In this document: piece after piece, positions 59,888-64,000 of the stretch | How the letters are laid out: every line of letters starts with the position of its first letter | Numbering within the stretch: the first letter of the stretch is position 1 | Origin: Octopus bimaculoides | Lineage: Eukaryota | Direction of reading: 5' to 3' | Assembly (NCBI RefSeq): GCF_001194135.2 | Contig: NC_068999.1 | Coordinates: 5,039,591-5,103,590, forward strand | Length of the DNA: 64,000 nt | The notes under the pieces: model-generated | Database searches by the model: none | What the model was told of the DNA's origin: nothing | What the model saw: the letters and a program-made list of their open reading frames with translations, nothing else | Program-made: the position numbers and the translations under genes

Positions 59888-62800
59888 TATGCACATACTG
59901 CATGTATGTGCATATATGTGTCAAATGGGTATACATTTGTGTTGTCGTTTAGCCCTATGTCTACCCCTGATCAAGTAGATCTCTGATGAAAAAAGGTATT
60001 CTATTCATGACCATCCTATCTCTCTGTGCATCTAGGATAACATTGTCCAACAAGCCCTTTTCTTAAATTTTTTTTTTTTTTAATATGGTAAGATGCAACC
60101 CATGGCAAGATTTAACTGCTATTCTTAGCAGATTGAACAAGCCTATAGAGTCTCCCTTTTTTGGCTCATATACATGTGTGTGTTTGTGTGTATGTCTGTA
60201 TGTGTTTTATGCATTTGTGTATACTATGCATGTGTCTGTTTGTGGTTGTATATCTACGGGTGTGTACATACAATGCATGCATGTATTTATGTGTGTGTGT
60301 GTATTATGTGTGTGGTGTGCATGTATTTTATGTATGTGTGTGTGTGTGTGTTGTAGGTACAGTTTTTGTTGCTGTTGTTGTTGCTACTGTAGTTTTTCTT
60401 CTTTTTGTTTCTATTTTCCCAAAGTTCTGCGGTGTAACTCTACCCGCCTGCCATATTGTCTGAATTCCAATGAAGGAGCCTTGATTCTTGATTTAAGATT
60501 CGTACATTATTTGGTGAAGAATTTGAAACAACAACAACAACTCAAAAAAAAAGGAAAGGAAGAAGAAAATAAAAACAAAAGAATGTACATAAATTTCAAT
60601 TGTATGTTGCACTTTAAATGTGCGTATGTACATGTATGTATGTGTGTTGTGTGCATGTGTTGTTTGTGTGTATGTGCGTGTGTCCCCACATGTGAGTGCA
60701 TTTATATGTATGTGTGTATGAGAAGGGGTGTTTTATGTGTGTGAGAGAGAGTGAAGAAGAGAAAGATAGAGAGACAGAGAGACAGAGAGAGCAACTTTCC
60801 TCTGCATGTACCAAGTTTTTATGGAAACTCTACAATGTGGTTTCAATTCTCAGTCAGAGCATAGTACAAGTTTTCCATCTATGCTGCTGAATATATCTTT
60901 CCAGAAAGGCATGCCCACCACACAATCTCTCTCTGGGTTCTTTTATATATTTTTCCTAGATTTGTACTGTAAGTATTTAGTCAAAATAAAGCTATATATG
61001 TCTTTATATATATGTCTTTCTCTCCTTCACTTGTTATGGTTCATACCCTTTCTTAATCTTTAAATGAGATTCTTTCTCAACCACATGGATCTGGGTTCAC
61101 TCCCACTGCATGGAACTTTGGGCAAGTGTCTTCTACTTGTTCAAACCCCTTCTTTACCCTTCCCACCCACATTTCCTTGACCAGCTCAATATTTTTCTAC
61201 CCTACCCCATCATCACCCTATTTCTTTGACCACAACCCTCTTTCATGAACCCTCTCCTCCCTCCCTCACACACACACATTATGACAATACTTAGATTCCC
61301 TTTCTGACACTTTCTGATTCAGTTACAGAGGACCTCCTTAGGAAAAGGGCCGAACACAACAACTGTGAGATTTCCACCCTTGAAGAAGTTTCTTTACACC
61401 AGCAAGAAATTGAAAGGTTTGTCCTGTTATCTGATGATGTTGTTGTTGTTGTTGTTGTTGTTGTTGCTGTTACTGCTACAGCAGTTGATGTTTTTGTTGT
61501 TGTTGTTACTCTTGCTTTTGCTGTTGTTGTTGTTGTTGTTGTTGCAGCAACAACACATACACACTCAGGCAACATGCACACACTCACATGTATACTTCAC
61601 ATATAAGTGCCTGTGCAATGCCATGTAAAAGTGCCCATTATGGTGTCACATGAAAGTGCCTGTGTAGTGTTACATAAACGCACCTGTGTGGTGCTGTGTA
61701 AAAGTGCCCATGCAGTGCCATGTAAAAGTGCCAGTGTGGTGCCACATGAAAGTGCCCATGTGGTGCCACATGAAAGTGCCTGTGTAGTGCCACATGAAAG
61801 TGGCTGTGCAGTGTCACATGAAAGTGCCTGTGCAGTGTCACGTAAAAGCACCTATGCAGTGGGTGCCATGTAAAAGTGTCCATGTGGCACCACCACATAA
61901 AAGTGGTGGTTCCACATAAAAGCACCCAGCACACACTATAAAGTGGTTGGTGTTAGGAAGGGCATCCATCTATAGAAACCATGCCAGATCAGACTGGAGT
62001 CTGGTGCAGCTCCCCCCCAGCTTGCCAGCCCTGGTCATGCCATCCAACCCATACCAGCATGGGCAACAGACGTTAAATGATGATGATGATATGCATACAC
62101 TTACTCACACACAGAACAAACACGTAAAGACACACACACCAACAAACAAACCCAAATGCACATACGCATTCTTAATCACACGTGCACACACACACACATG
62201 CATGCAACACACATCCGCTCACACCTGCAACACACATACACTCTTTGTCTTTCTTCTTCTCTCTCTCTTTCTCTCTGATTCTGCCATTCTTTATCTAAAT
62301 GGTCCGTATTATTTTCAGGATTGAAAACATTGATAAATGGTGCAGAGATCTGAAGATTTTATATCTCCAGTGTAACCTGATTCCTAAAATAGGTAAGTGG
62401 TGTGGAACAAGATTCGGTTTACGATAAATATATCCAAGAATAAAAAAGAAAGCTTCTTTTTTTCCTTTTCTTTTTTTTTTGCAGTTGTGCAGAAATGAAG
62501 GAAAGGACATTATATTTACATTATTAGATTTTTAAAAAAATAAATATGGACATGGACACGGCTGTGTGGTTAAGAAGTTTGCTTCCCAATCACATGGTTC
62601 CAGGTTCAGTTCCATTGTGCAGCACCTGGAGCAAGTGTCTTCTACTATAGCTCTGAGCTGAGCAAAGCCTCATGAGTGGAATAGGTTGATGGAAACTGAC
62701 AGAAGACTGTCATATGTGTATATCATCATCATTATTATCGTCATCATTTAACATCCATCTTCCATACTGGCATGGGTTGGATGGGTTTGGCAGAGTCTGA

Positions 62801-62927
62801 CAAATGGAAGGACTGCACCAGGTTCCAGTCTGATTTGGCAGGGTTTTTACAGCTGGATGCCCTTCCTAACACCAACCACTTTACAGTATACAGGGTGCTT
62901 TTTACATGACACCAGCGCCCATATATG

Positions 62928-62984
<57 letters not shown>

Positions 62985-63585
62985 TTATCAATCATCATCA
63001 CCATTGTTTAATGCATGCATGGGTAGGACAGTTCACAAGGGCTGGCCAGGTAGAATAGGTACCCTATGCTACTCTGCCTGTTTTGGCAGGGTTTTTACAG
63101 CTGGATGCCCTTCCAAATGCCAACCACTCTGCAAAGTGGACTTAGTGCTTTTTACGTGGCACTAGCCCAGGTGAAGTTAGTTTTGGCCTGATTTTGTGGC
63201 TGGATGCCCTTCCAAATGCCAACCACTTTACAGTGTGGACTGGATGCTTTTTACATAGCACCAGCACTGGCAGGGTCACCAAGTAACCCGCGTATATGTG
63301 TGTGAGAATTGGTTTGAGAGTTGGAAATGCACCTGGGTCTCAAACGGAATTTTGGTTCTCAGTCATACACTCTGTCTGTCTGTCTGTCTGTCTGCCTATC
63401 AGTCTGTTTTTCTGTCTCAGTTTCCCTCTCTTTCTCTCCCTCCTCTCCCTCTCTCATTTCTTTATCGCTGTCTGTCTCTCTTTCTCTCCCCTCTCTCTCT
63501 ATTCCAGAACATGTCAACAGACTAAAGAAGTTGGAATACTTAAATCTGGCGCTCAATAATATCGAACGGATCGAGAATATAGAAG
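58920..63585 (+). CDS. DNAAF11: Dynein axonemal assembly factor 11 (LRRC6/tilB homolog), first four coding exons; gene continues beyond the window
   Basis: Exons 58920-58929 (ATGGTTGCAA|gtaagc), 61323-61416, 62319-62392 and 63508-63585 give [85 protein letters not shown]. This is the hallmark LRRC6 N-terminus and LRRs; phases are consistent. Confidence 0.93.
61610..61925. repeat. About 21-bp minisatellite (GTGCCACATGAAAGTGCCTGT-like)
   Basis: About 13 degenerate units, contiguous with the RTE-tail repeat that carries the same GTGCCACGTAAAAGCAC motif. Confidence 0.8.
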
Positions 63586-64000
63586 GTGAGTTGACCAAGG
63601 TATTATGTGACTCTTCTTCCTTCCTGCAAACAAATGCCATGCCCCTAAGCCTTTGAACCCACTCAGGACCACAAGGGCATCTCAACATGGTTACTGGCCC
63701 TGCTAAAACACAGCAGCCAAATATCCCTCAAATTCCAAACTACTATCTTAAATAAAAAGGATACAATAGACAATGTAGACCCTGATGTATAAAAGAAATT
63801 GAAGGGTCATGGCTGACCAGGAGGCCTATGAACATTAAAGGCCTTCTGGTTGAGCAGGATTGACCTAGGGCTAAACAGCAACAATCACAACCTTGATACC
63901 ATGAATCAAGAAGAGAACCTGTCTGGGGTTATGTGTCACGCAGTGGGACTGAACCCGGAACCATGTGGTTGGTAAGCAGGCTACTTACCACACAGCCACT

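Noticed and set aside
60085-60744. 219-aa ORF starting MVR as the DNAAF11 start
   Set aside because: Microsatellite-derived C/V/Y-rich translation with no suitable donor; the 10-bp exon at 58920 fits.
61610-61925. CRISPR-like array
   Set aside because: Contiguous degenerate minisatellite without unique spacers, in a eukaryotic intron, with no cas genes.

Overview
Eukaryotic, AT-rich, microsatellite- and SINE-rich draft assembly with many N gaps. The repeat families look like those I associate with octopus/coleoid cephalopods (inference, not checked). No CRISPR, rRNA or true tRNA is seen. I assembled four spliced host genes by hand from GT-AG boundaries with consistent reading phase: (1) the 3' 28 exons of nardilysin (NRDC, +, 691-20025); (2) a complete PQ-loop gene, SLC66A3/PQLC3-like (-, 31927-35866), mostly invisible in the ORF track; (3) radial spoke head 10B (RSPH10B, +, 38472-56416), with at least one exon missing at an assembly gap; (4) the first four coding exons of DNAAF11/LRRC6 (+, 58920-63585). 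The 20-31 kb intergenic block is a transposon nest: a mellifera-like mariner pseudogene, a hAT/Buster remnant, an RTE fragment, and a 566-bp MITE with 8-bp target-site duplication (TSD) and an outward-facing telomeric-repeat core. The most notable item is an uninterrupted 287-aa Merlin (IS1595/ISXO2-like) transposase ORF (28368-29231, -). Its catalytic triad is degenerate, it has no adjacent terminal inverted repeats (TIRs), and it carries an RFX X-box 11 bp upstream of its ATG. X-box-like motifs also sit just upstream of the two neighbouring motile-cilia genes. It is a candidate domesticated, RFX-regulated Merlin-derived gene; this is inference and needs orthology, dN/dS and expression tests.
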